Assembly (NCBI GenBank): GCA_023920165.1
Contig: CP089279.1
Span: forward strand, 744,001-808,000
Source: Curvularia clavata
Taxonomy: Eukaryota
DNA length: 64,000 bases
Direction: 5' to 3'
The notes beneath the pieces were generated by a model, which was given only the letters and a program-made list of their open reading frames with translations, searched no databases and had not been told where the DNA came from. This document shows, in pieces, positions 38,035-49,437 of this stretch; position 1 is the stretch's first letter, and every line of letters begins with the position of its first letter. A program made the position numbers and the translations under genes.

Positions 38035-38853
38035 ATTCAAGAAGAGTTTTAATGACGTTTGAAAGATTTAGGGAGCTGTTTGATGGCAAATAGGGACTCG
38101 TTTTCTGCTTTCTCTCGAATATCCCCAGACGAGTAGCAATGGAGCTCTGTATGATGACTTTTTCTGATGATGGCTTTCTCATGAATACGACTGCGTAGTA
38201 AAGCATCCGCTTATATATATATATACATATCCTAGTTCTATGTAATGATACAATTGAGATTTTGTACAAACCGTAATCGTTCTTCATGACAGCTGCTCAC
38301 GTACAGACAAATCTAATGCTGACTTGTTTCATGCTTAGATAAAAACAAACGATAGCATCACACTTTAATCCGAGTTTTACGCAGCAGCATGTAAAGCTGG
38401 CAAAAAACTAACGGATAAACACGCGAAAAGCAGACCGACTCGAACAAGGGGTATATCAACATCACAAGCAAATAGATTAAATTAAGTAGCAACATACGTG
38501 CGACGAGAAGCAAACCATCCATTCCTTTCCCTCCCAGAGTTTTGCACCACCACAAACGACAGGAACTAAAAGCATGCAATGCAGCTTCCTACTTCAAGCG
38601 AATGCTTTACTACAAGAAGAGAATGTCAGAACAAAGGAAAATTACCTGCGAGTCTTGCAGAGACGGAATGACTAGAACAAGGGGGCAGAGAGAGACTGGA
38701 GAACCAACGCTCAAGGGTATGAAGAACTGAGGCGGGCCATGCTAAACATATGTATTCGTACAAGACAAGCAAGAGAGAAAGAGAGAGAGGGAGGGCGATT
38801 CGAAGTGCGCGTGACGATCGTCATGCGTTCACGAAGCAGCCATTTTCCATTTC

Positions 38854-41800
38854 CTAGTTTCCACGCGATGCCAAATGGTCGGCAGCCTGAGTAAAAGCGT
38901 TAGTCTAACTTCTTGTATACATAATGCTAGGGGACAATGTGTACCTTGTTGATATCATAGTCGAACTTCTCGAGGGCATCGAGAGCATCACTTCGGGCAT
39001 AACCCATTCCAGTCAGCTTCTTGAGAATGGGGTCGTCGTGCTCTGTTCCAGTACTGATGGCACGGCCAAGTGCAGGCATTTGGGGCGACGACAATTGCTG
39101 TGACTTGGACGAAGACGCAGCAGCCTCCTCCTTGTCAAGGGTGTCAAAGACAGACTTGCCAAAGTCGGTTGACGCTTGTTGCGAGTGCGAGCCCTTGTCG
39201 GTCTGAGAGGATTCGAGGTTCGAGAAAATGGCATCCCAGTCCTGCGATGAAGACCCGGGCTGAGGTTGCTGGGATTGTCCACCAAAGGTCTGAGATAGGT
39301 GCTCGAAGTCGCTGAAGCTGTCATCGCCGCGTGGCTTACCAGTAGGTGTTTGCTGTGAAGCCATAGTGTTCGACTTGGATGCAGCTGGGGAGTCAAACAC
39401 AGGGTTGAACTCATCAAGTCCGTCACGGTGCTGTGAAGAAAACATGAAATCATCGTCGGCCTTGTCATCCTCCTTAGCATCAGCAAGATCGTCAAAACCA
39501 GCATCAAAGTCATTATCAAAGGCAGGTTTTCCGTGCTGAGCAACATTGCTGGAGGGAGATGGTCCCTTGTTGGACTCATTGCCATATGCCATGCCAGAGT
39601 GATGTTGATCGGAAGGAACAGTGGAAACAGGTGTATCAAGAGGAGGAGGCGAGGTTGTGGCAGACTTGGACGGTCCGCCAAACAGAGCAGCCCCATGGCC
39701 ACCTGGGGGGTTGAATGACCTCTCAGGGCCTTGGGTGGTGTCGGGAGACGCGGCAGAGGTTGGGTTCTCACGGGCAGGAAGAAGCCCACCGAATTCTGGA
39801 GGGAACTGGTTTGAACCACTCCTCGTGGTGTTAACGGTAGACTCATAGGTAGGCGGGGACTTCTGCGCGCCTGGAGAGGGCAGGCCGCTCAAGTTTGAGT
39901 CGAGACGAGTAGTTGGAGGTGGAGCCCGGTAAAGCTCATCGCTGGAAGCAGTGCCCGGGCGCTGTTGTTGCTGAGAGCGCTGCTCTGGGCCAAAGCTAGT
40001 ACGCTTCTGGTTTGGTGATGCGGATGTAAAGTTGTCGTCAAATCCTCGGCCGTCATTGCTGTCGCTGTCGTCATCATGCGCAAGATCCTCAATCGGTGGG
40101 AACTCCTTGTTAAATTTGTTCGAATCTCCTGCGGGGGCGTTTGAGTTCGAAGCGGTACCAGTAGTTTGGCGGCTAGGACCAAAGCCAGCAAAGGCCGCGT
40201 CGAAGTCATCCTTGCCTCCTCGGGGCGGATCGCCAGAGGTGCTGCCGAAGGGGTCTGCGTTGTTTCTGTTTAGACCGCTCATACTACTCTCACCGGTTTT
40301 GTTCTGTTGCAGTGGAGTACCTGAATCTCGAGGGAACGCACCAGGAAGATCCTGTGTTCCAAAGCTGGAAAAGGTGTCCTTGCGGTCCTCAGCCTTCGCA
40401 GTTGAGCGTTGAGTGTCACTGGTGACGCTGGTCACTGGAGAGGTCGAGAAATTGCGGTTGAACAGGGCGGGGTTGAAGTTGTCAGTCTCAGTCCTGTTGG
40501 TATCAGTGCGCTCAACCGAGGGCTTCTCAGCGATTGGGGTGCCAGCGGGAGAGGCTTGCGAGATGGTTGGCGTCTCATTTCCAGGGGCATGAGGGCCGCC
40601 GTGTCTGTTGCCAGAAGCTCGCACAGAAGAGCTGAACGAGTCTGATCGTTGCGTGCCCTCCCTCAGCGGCAAGAATGCAGAGCCAAACTGACGTGACTCA
40701 GGAGGAGCTGGTGGATCGGCAACTCGTGGAGACTCTTGGTAAGAAGACAGAGGAGGTGACGTGGAAGGGGTAGGAACGTCAGGGCCCTCAGAAGAGCGTA
40801 CTGACTGGCCAGACGGGGCAGAAAAGCTAGGTCCTAGGCTTTGGTTCTCAGGACGGAACGACACAGGAGGCGCACTGCTCTGGGGCGTACCAAATGAACC
40901 AAAGACACTATCAAAGTCCTTGTGAGGCCCATCGCGCGCAAAGCCAGATGGCGACATCGTATTCTCAGCAGGCTGAGGTGACTTGCGGAAGAATGGGTTC
41001 GTGCTCTGGCTTGTCGTGGAAGCTGCAGGGCTGGCAACGCCGGATGTCTGGACTGGAGAGCCGCGAGCGGCTTCTTCCTGGGGCCTGCTCAGATCATTCA
41101 TCTCATTCTTCATCTTTTCACGCTCGCTCTCGTTAGTAGCTAACTGCTTCTTGTTGATCGCTACCATGCCCTTCTGCTGTCGGGCATCATTCCTCATCTT
41201 GTCAAGCTGGGGACGGAGCTGCGCAATCTCAGCGTTAAGTTGACGAATGCGCTCCTTCAGGCTGTTGTTCTCGCGCTGGTCAGCCTCAAGTTGACTTCCG
41301 ACTTGACGGTGCTGGGTTTGGAGATCCTGATAAGAACCCTCAATCATTGCAAGATCCTGTTGCAACTTTCGGGTCTCGTTTCGAGAGCTGGCCAGACGAT
41401 CCTCGAGAGCTTTGACTGCCTTGACTTCCTGGTCGTACTGTGTCTTGAACTGCGAGAGACGGAGCTCGAGGTCGCGCTTTTGGGTGTTGACACTGTTGAG
41501 GTCACTTTCCGTTGCCGTCTTCTTGTTCTGGACCTCCTGCATTTGGTTGCGCAGAGTGGTCATCTGGTTAGACATATTGGCCAAGTCAGTCGAATCTTGA
41601 GTCAACTTCTTGTTGACCTCAGGATCAGCCTCACCACCCAACAAGTCATCCATTACAGATGGTGTCGAGTGCTGCGGTGCACCAGAAACTCCCGACTGGC
41701 CAGTGGAGTGTGCAGTCAAAGTCTGACCAAAAGAAGAGCTAGGCATGAACGGTTTGAAGGTAGAGGCAGGGTTTCGCGGCTGAGGTTGGAATGGGTGCGG

Positions 41801-43346
41801 AGAAGTAGGTGAGGCTGCTTTGCTTCCAAATGGATCGCTCTCGAAAGGCTTACTGAATGTAGCTGAACCTCCTGTTGATTGCGGTTGCTGAGGAGCAGGA
41901 GCGGGTGCTGAAAAGGCGTCCAGTCCAAAGAGATCATCAGCAGCGGACTTGGGAGCAGGCGGTGGAGGTGGAGGCGCCACCTGAGGCATAACGACTGGTG
42001 CGGCTTGGTTGGCGGCAGTGCGTAGACTTGGTGGAATCAAGTTGGGTGGCAGGGTAGCGGGAAGTTGATCTCCTTTCCGTTGTTGTCGGATAAGGTACAT
42101 GGCAACTGCGAACTCGTCCTTGGATAGCTGCCCCTCTGAATTGATGTCTGCGAGGTCCCATATAGCTGCAAGAACATCCTCAGGTAGACCCGAATCACTG
42201 AAGAAGCGTACTGCCTGGTCTCCAGTGATGTAGCCGCGACCCATGGTGTCAACGCCCTTGAACAAATTATCATATGATGCCTTCTCTTGTGGGCTGATCA
42301 GCCAGTCACTAACGGCAGGCTGCACAGGCTGGGGAGGCGCGCCGAACGGCTGGCGGCCGAGTGGGCTCGGCTGCCGTGGAGCAGATTGCTGGCCACTGAA
42401 CTGACGTGGGATGGACATGTTCTGGTCGGGGCGTCCCGGTGGTGGTGGAAGTGCACCGCGTCTCGACGCGGCTTCGTACAGGCCTGGAGGTAGCGTGTTG
42501 GGTAGGGCCTTCATGTTTCCTGTACGATACGAAGCAAGAAGATGCATGGCGATGATAAACTCGGTGACATTAAGAGCTCCACGCTGTTCCGTGTCTGAAA
42601 GGTTCCATATCCGGCCAAGGACTTCATTTGGTAACCGCGCCTTCTCAAAGATCTCTTTTGCATTTTCACCTGGAACATGTTAGCGAAAAGCTAGGGCTAG
42701 AGAGACAAGGCAGAATCCTACCTGATAGTATGCCATTGACTGCGCCAGACTTCTCGAACAAGCCCGCGTATTCGGCAGCCTTGGCAGGTACTAGTGGAGG
42801 GACTCGGATTGGGCCGTTGCCGCTCACTTGGGGTTGTATGGGACCAGTGGGTTGCGGGGAGAAGCCAGGGGCAGCGGGAGGAGCGGATGGGGGTGTCAAG
42901 CCCTCAAACTTTGGCAAGGGGGCGGCTACAGGGACGTCAGCGCATACAACAAGAGACATCAGGAGTAGTAGCAGGGGGTCGCACGTCTAAAGGCAAGCTC
43001 GGGAGTAGGGTCTCTGCCAGCCTGGTAGTGTCCAATGAGGCGCAGGACCTGGCAGAAGCCGGCCATGGTCAAGAGACCGCGGTTCTCTGTGTCTGCAATC
43101 TGCCATATCTCACCCAGTACAGCTGGGGCTAACTTGGTCCGCTCGAAGAACTTTACGGCAATCTCGCCTGTTATGACGCCCAGTTTCTCTGTGTCGGCCT
43201 GCTGGAAGAGATACTGGAAGACGCGCTTTTCCTCGGGCGTCAGGTTGAGGATGGGCTGATCTGCGCCGGGTTAGCTATGAGCTTCAACATGTAGCAGCGA
43301 GAAGCGTCGGCATACTCAATTCCCCACTCTGTGAAAGGTCCGCCAT
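38854..43346 (-). CDS. EDE1: Endocytic scaffold Ede1/Eps15 (three EH domains, coiled coil, C-terminal UBA)
   Basis: EH motifs (GEIWQIAD, GRIWNLSD, AAIWDLAD..EFAVAMYLI), coiled coil, NPF motif, UBA LTGMGYAR..ALEKFDYDINKAADHL; four introns. Confidence 0.92.
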
Positions 43347-44130
43347 GGCTGTGTGCGATCAAGCAATGGCTCTAATGGAGGAGAGGCAGAAGCCTAGGGT
43401 GATGAGGCTGAGAGGTCCCAGCAGCGCAGTGTCGTGGAATAGGCGCGGGGAAGCAGGCAACAGGCGGCCCGGCGTGGGAAAGTCGGGGGGCTGGCAAGCG
43501 GAGCCGGCGGCAATGGCTGCTATGCCCAGGGCGGCGTGGATAAAGGACAAAAGATGGCGGGAGGGGGAGAGAAGGCCTGGGCCGAGTGAAGGAGGTCGAG
43601 GATGGGAGTAGCAATGTTGCGACTATGCGATGTGGCAGGGTGAAATGCGCCCAGAGCTGTATCCTCGTCGTCGTGGTCGCTAGGCGGAGGCTACCTGCCT
43701 TAGTGCTGGGTCGATGCGCACCCTCGTCCGCCAACTCACCCATTGGGCGGCCACAACAGCTGTCAGCAACGTATGCGTCCCATGCCGCGGCCAGACCGTG
43801 AATTCACCCTATCATGGTGCTGCACATGACCGACCTCCGCTCAGCAGCAAGACGTGATCACACTGAGAAACAGGCTCCAGGCGCATCCCAGCCACTGCCA
43901 TGTCGCAAGCCCACATACACGTCGATCCATGTCCGAGGCGCCTGTGCATACAATTCGTTCCGTCCCAATGTGATAGGGTATCAATTCGTCTTCGCTACCA
44001 TACACTAACCGTCCCCACGTCATGACTTCATGCTTACAGGTATTGTACAGGTGGAGTGGTGAAACAAAAGCGTACGCATACGCCAGGAATAGACCAGCGT
44101 GGGGGGTGGAAGAACAACACCAACGGCGTT

Positions 44131-45065
44131 TCATCGCCGCTCGTTTTGACCACGACCACTCTTCTCTCTGCTGCATTTTGCAAACGCCAGGCTGGGACTG
44201 CCCTCGTCACGCATTCCCCATGCCCGTCCCAGAAGCCAATCGGTGACGCTGATCACCTTGGCTGTTCTATCCCAGTGCTGCCCTTCTTCTGTATGCTCAA
44301 TGATGTGATTCAAAATCCGTCCTTCCTCGTCAAACTCAAACTTGAACAGCCCAGTGAATTCATGCTGCGGCCTCTTAGATCCAGCTACTATGCTGGTGAT
44401 CTTCTCGACCACATCACTGACCTGGCCATTCTCTTTCTTATCCGACTTGCCACATGTCTGCCATTTGACAATAAGTTTCTCGTTGCGCACATTGCTCGTT
44501 GCCGACCCTCCATTCTTGACCATTCGCTCAGATAGTATCTTGAGTTTGACGTTGCCGAGCACTGGGACCTGACCCCATGCGACCGGTGCCGTCCATAGCG
44601 CTGCTGCGTACGAAAATCTGCCGCTAACGGTGGGCAGGTGTGGATGCGTCGACGGAAACAAGTGGAGGCTAATGTGCGGGGAGAGGATATCCTGAGGAAG
44701 TGGCGATATCAAAAGCGTCGGTAGGCGATCGTGTAGGACTCTAATGGCTGCGATTTCTGTTAGCAACATGTCTCCCCACCAGCTAACTGTGCATGGCGAA
44801 CAAACATACTGTTTCCCAGTTTCAAGTCGCGCTCGTTCATGCGCTTCTTCTCGCACTCGTCAGGCTCAGAATACAATCGTGGCGATGAGCTCGTGAACCA
44901 GTGCCTCGACACCGAAGCCTGTCTGGCGCCGACATCGCTAAGAGTCCGTTTGTACTGCCTGAGCCCCAGTATCCGGGGCGCAGTGAGCGATCTCGCAGTT
45001 GTCGTGGCTTGGAATTGCGTGCGGGCAGACGACGAGAAGAAGCGCCGCATCAGACCGCTGGTCAT
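44131..45065 (-). CDS. Putative mitochondrial protein, C6orf136/DUF2358-like
   Basis: Presequence MTSGLMRRFFSSS; intron about 44749-44809; FTGLFKFEFDEEGRILNH motif recalled for this family. Confidence 0.65.
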
Positions 45066-45564
45066 CTGTGTGGTTTGGGAGATGCGACCATGTGTAGGGA
45101 TAGGCGTGAGTGTCTAGAAATATCTCTGTCGTTCGGTCAAATACGGTTTGCGGAGGATTCGGTGTCTAGGATGACGCTAGTTAACACCGCTCACCATCTG
45201 CCGGGGGGGTTCGGTCGTGACGTAGCGCTAGCGCGACTATCTCCCATACCCCAAAACGTACTTCCCGCTTGTGGCTTACCGTGCTCGCCACACCCAACTA
45301 TACATGCCCCATGTCCCGGTGGGATCTGCTACTCTTCATGCACCAATGACGTTTATAAAGATGGAAGTGCATTTCTCCTCGTTTTCTGCAAGCGAATCCC
45401 TCAAGATCTCTTCACTCGACCTGCCAAACCTTCCGTAGAGCCTCATGTATAGCAGCGGTAAAGACACAACCCCGCAATTGTCCCATTGCTTCCATTGACA
45501 ATCAAGTTCAGGCTAAAATTACTGCAAAAAAGATAATCGCTAGTTAATTCCCACCACTCTCACC

Positions 45565-46482
45565 ATGTCTCCCTCTGGCAAACGCATCGTCTTCACAGGC
45601 GGCTCAGGAAAAGCCGGACGCCATGTAATCCCATATCTCCTCCAGCAAGGCTACCAGGTCCTAAACCTCGACCTGACCGAGTTTCCGGACCCCGAAGCTG
45701 GCGTCTTTACCTTAAAAACCGACCTCACAGACAGCGGCCAAGTCTTCAATGCACTCACTACGCACTTCAACTTTGCCGGCTACGAAGGGCCACACGTCCC
45801 TGGCCCACCAGACGCCGTAATCCACTTCGCTGCCTACGCCCGCAACATGCTGGTCCCAGACAACGAATGCTATGCCGGCAACGTGCGCTCCACCTACAAT
45901 GTCATCGAAGCCGCCTGTAAACTCGGGGTCCGCAAGATCATCATCGCCAGCAGCGAAACCACATACGAGGTGTGTTTCGGGCAGGGCAACCTCGACTACA
46001 CTGCCTTTCCCCTTGTCGAAGATGCAGACGTCAACCCCATGGACACCTACGCCATTTCCAAACTCTGCGGCGAACGCGTAGCTCGAGGCTTCGCCCGCCG
46101 CTTCGACGCAGACATTTACGCTCTCCGCATCGGCAACGTTATCGAGCCCCACGAGTACGCCCGTGATTTCCCCAAGTATATCCAGAACCCTGAGATGCGC
46201 AAGCGAAACGCCTGGGCCTACATTGATGCCCGCGATCTAGGCCAGATTTGCCATTTGTGCGTACAGAAGGATGGTCTAGGGTTCCAGATTTTCAATGCCA
46301 CGAATGATACCATCACGGCCACGTTCCCGACTAAGCAGTTCCTCGAACAGTATGCGCCCAATACACCTGTTACGCGCGAGATGGGCGAGTGGGAGGCGCC
46401 GTTGAGCAATAGGAAGATCAAGGAGGTGCTGGGGTTCAAGGAGGAGCATAATTGGAGGAAATACTATAACCCTGATCAGTAG
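45565..46482 (+). CDS. NAD-dependent epimerase/dehydratase (extended SDR), intronless
   Basis: TGGSGKAG Rossmann motif, HFAA, ASS, YAISK (YxxxK), LRIGNV and YIDARD. Confidence 0.92.
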   Translation: MSPSGKRIVFTGGSGKAGRHVIPYLLQQGYQVLNLDLTEFPDPEAGVFTLKTDLTDSGQVFNALTTHFNFAGYEGPHVPGPPDAVIHFAAYARNMLVPDNECYAGNVRSTYNVIEAACKLGVRKIIIASSETTYEVCFGQGNLDYTAFPLVEDADVNPMDTYAISKLCGERVARGFARRFDADIYALRIGNVIEPHEYARDFPKYIQNPEMRKRNAWAYIDARDLGQICHLCVQKDGLGFQIFNATNDTITATFPTKQFLEQYAPNTPVTREMGEWEAPLSNRKIKEVLGFKEEHNWRKYYNPDQ

Positions 46483-46656
46483 TAGGCTAGAAAGGTAGAA
46501 GATAGATATATGGGCAAATACCAGAAATAAATACATCAGACGAAATGGTTGTTTGTTCACATGAGTGAACCCTATCTGCACCAGGTAGAGATATAAACGT
46601 GTTTTCAAAATAAATCTTCACACAACATCTCGACATGTGATTCTCGTCATATTCCC

Positions 46657-49136
46657 CTAAGCCAGCAGCGCAAAGAGCAAATACGTCTTCTTTGCATACT
46701 CTGCCGCACTCCTCTTCAACCTATTCATCGCCGCATCATCCACACCCTCCACCTGCATCTTCTTTCCCAAAGCCACAGTCCTTTCTTCCCCTCCGGCAGG
46801 CTCAACAAACCGCTGCACATACAGCATGTCGAAGAGCAACTGCTTGAGTCTCTGAGCCTTCCACTCTGACGCCGTTGCATCAGACTCAGCGGTTTCATCT
46901 CCATCGCCTTTCTTTTCTTCGTCTTCTTCCTTGTTGTCTTCTCCCTTCCCAGCACCCTTGGCATCGCCCTGCACTTTGATACCCTCGGCATGCTCCTCAA
47001 GCAATCGCAACACTTCGTGCGCCACACGCTCCTTAATCACAGCCACACTACCCGGAGCCCAGAGATCGCTTCCCACAGCTGTCATGTTCTTATTCAGCTC
47101 TCGCAAGAACCTGAATGCGCTCGGCGATGGCTGGCTAGGTAGCGCTGGGTTTCCTTCCCATAGGATGTGGCTGTTGGACTTGGCCTTGAGCGATTTAGAG
47201 AGCATCGTTTTGTATGCTTCTAGCGTTGGCTGTGCTACGTATGAGGCCAGTGCTGCGTGTAGAGGCTGCAGAGTGTTGGATGTAAAGGGTGACGGAGGAG
47301 GCGTGGCTTTATCCTGTAGCCGTAGACGCGGTATGCGGTCGCCTATCTCTCTAATTACACGAAGGATAAAAGTTGCCTTTTGGACTGAGCTGCGTCCGTC
47401 GTTCTTATTCACGTCCTTGGTGACTGTGGAGAAGCTTCTCCCGAGATTCTGCATCGCTTCGCTCAGTGCTTCCTGTGTGGATGCTTCGAGCAACTTGGGG
47501 TCGTCATCGCTAAGCAGCGTCTGCTTGGAATCGCCCAGGTCGTCATCGGATTCGTCGCCGACATCGTCTTCGAAGTTGTCCTCCCATCGGGCTTCCTTCA
47601 TGCTCTTGACAATGCCTCTGACCTCCAGGACTGACGCCATCCAGTTGTCGAACGCAGATGTGACACTGATGACGGAGTCATCTCGCCCTTGGTAAGTATT
47701 CAGCACAGTGGTCTTGAAAGCATGAGCCCCGTTGCTAAGATCCGTGGCCTTGTCAATCGTATCCCAAAGACTTAGCGCCGAAGTTGATTCAGAAGTAGCG
47801 ACTTTGTCCAACTGAGCCGTAAGCTCTGAAACAACAGTCTGTAAGCCGTTTGTCCGTGATCGCACAATGTCTTCCAGCTTGTCGTTCATCATGTCACGTA
47901 GGTCGTCGAGCACGTTCGCTGACTTGACGCCCGCCATTCGAGAGCCCGACAATATCCATGTTTCAATCAGCTCTTGTCGCAAGTTCGCAACCTCTTGCAG
48001 TCGCTCTTCGCTCTCCAGTGCTTGCTTGACGCCCTTTAAGAAGGCTGCAATGGCATCCTTGGACCAGCGATGCAATATCTTCTCTGCATCTGGCCGCTGC
48101 AACTCGTCGTGACGTGGCCAGGGCGTGTAGTTGCGTACCTCATCGCCAAGCCACTGATCATGCACATCTAGATTCAGCTCATATAGGCCGCGAACATCAG
48201 GGTCCTGGATCAACGGGTGCGTTTTCAGCTTAGCTAGTGCTTCTGCTAATCGTCGCGGGAATATTGTCTGGGTATCGAGACACGTCTGTATGCATAGCTT
48301 GAGCGCGTCGATGCCGTGCTTAGCCAGCTCATCACCACCTGACCTGATGTCGCTATTCATTCGATCTAACCTCATCTTGTGGAAATGGTGTAGTGTCTCC
48401 GTAGGCGTCGAGCTCGTCGCAAGCGCATAGGCGCACATGCTCTCTACCAAAGTTGCTGTTTCACCGCCTGGACTCGACAGTCGCTTGTCGATCCTTCGCA
48501 GGAGCTTTCTTCGTACAGACAGCAGCCTCTCCCATAGTTGATCCACAATCGGAGGCTTCGTTGCGGACTGATTGAGTGCCTTGTGAAGTAGTCGCGAGAT
48601 AACCAGGACCTTCGCGATGAGCAGATATGATCCCTCTCTTTTCATGAGGCGTGTCATGACCAGAGGCGCATTGCGCAAGACTGAGAGTTGGGACGCCAAT
48701 GTGTAGCGCTCCGCATCTGTCTTCGGTCAATCCAATGGCCTCTTCCAATGTAACCGTAAAGACTGACCACGACCCCGTACATGGGTATCCATCTTCTCCG
48801 CATTGTTGGATACCCTCTCCAAGCGCCTAGAGTTGCAACTCTGCCCTACTTTTGAAAGCTTGGTTTCGACTTGATCCATTCGTACTTGCATGTCGATGAT
48901 CGTTTCGGCGGTGTCGAGGAGGTTGCGGTAGCTCGTCCTGCATATTGTCAGTATTGCTTCCTCTATGGCTTTGTTGCACTCGGACATCCATACCCCACGA
49001 GCGACCGCAGCTTCTCACGATTCTCGTCGGCATTGTTGCGGAGCTGATGCTCAAGCTTGCGAACCACAGGTATCGGATACTGGAACGCGTCTTCCCATGT
49101 CTGAAAAGACCGTGGGTCGGGCGCTTCGGTCGCCAT
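46657..49136 (-). CDS. COG1: Conserved oligomeric Golgi complex subunit 1 (Vps51/Vps67 N-terminal domain)
   Basis: EKLRSLVGTSYRNLLDTAETI; helical body; LPSQPSP; QLLFDMLY; two short introns near the 5' end. Confidence 0.8.
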
Positions 49137-49437
49137 TGCAGCCAATTTTCCGAAACGCGCGTGTCGAGTTGCAATGCTGTCACTAAGATGACGCCGCCTC
49201 GAATGCTACGTTCCCACTATACAAGCTTAGTCATCACACCTTCAATTCACGCCCCTATCTTAAAAACAGTCGCTGGAAAAGACGGATTTATTTACATCAA
49301 TATCTTGCTTAGGTCGAGATTCAGTAGCAAAAAAAATTGCATTGGTGTTGAAACCGGAAAAGTCTATCTATCTATCAAAAGATGGTATCAAAGGTTAAGC
49401 TCTGCAACTCCAATTCTATCCAACTCCGTTAATGCAT

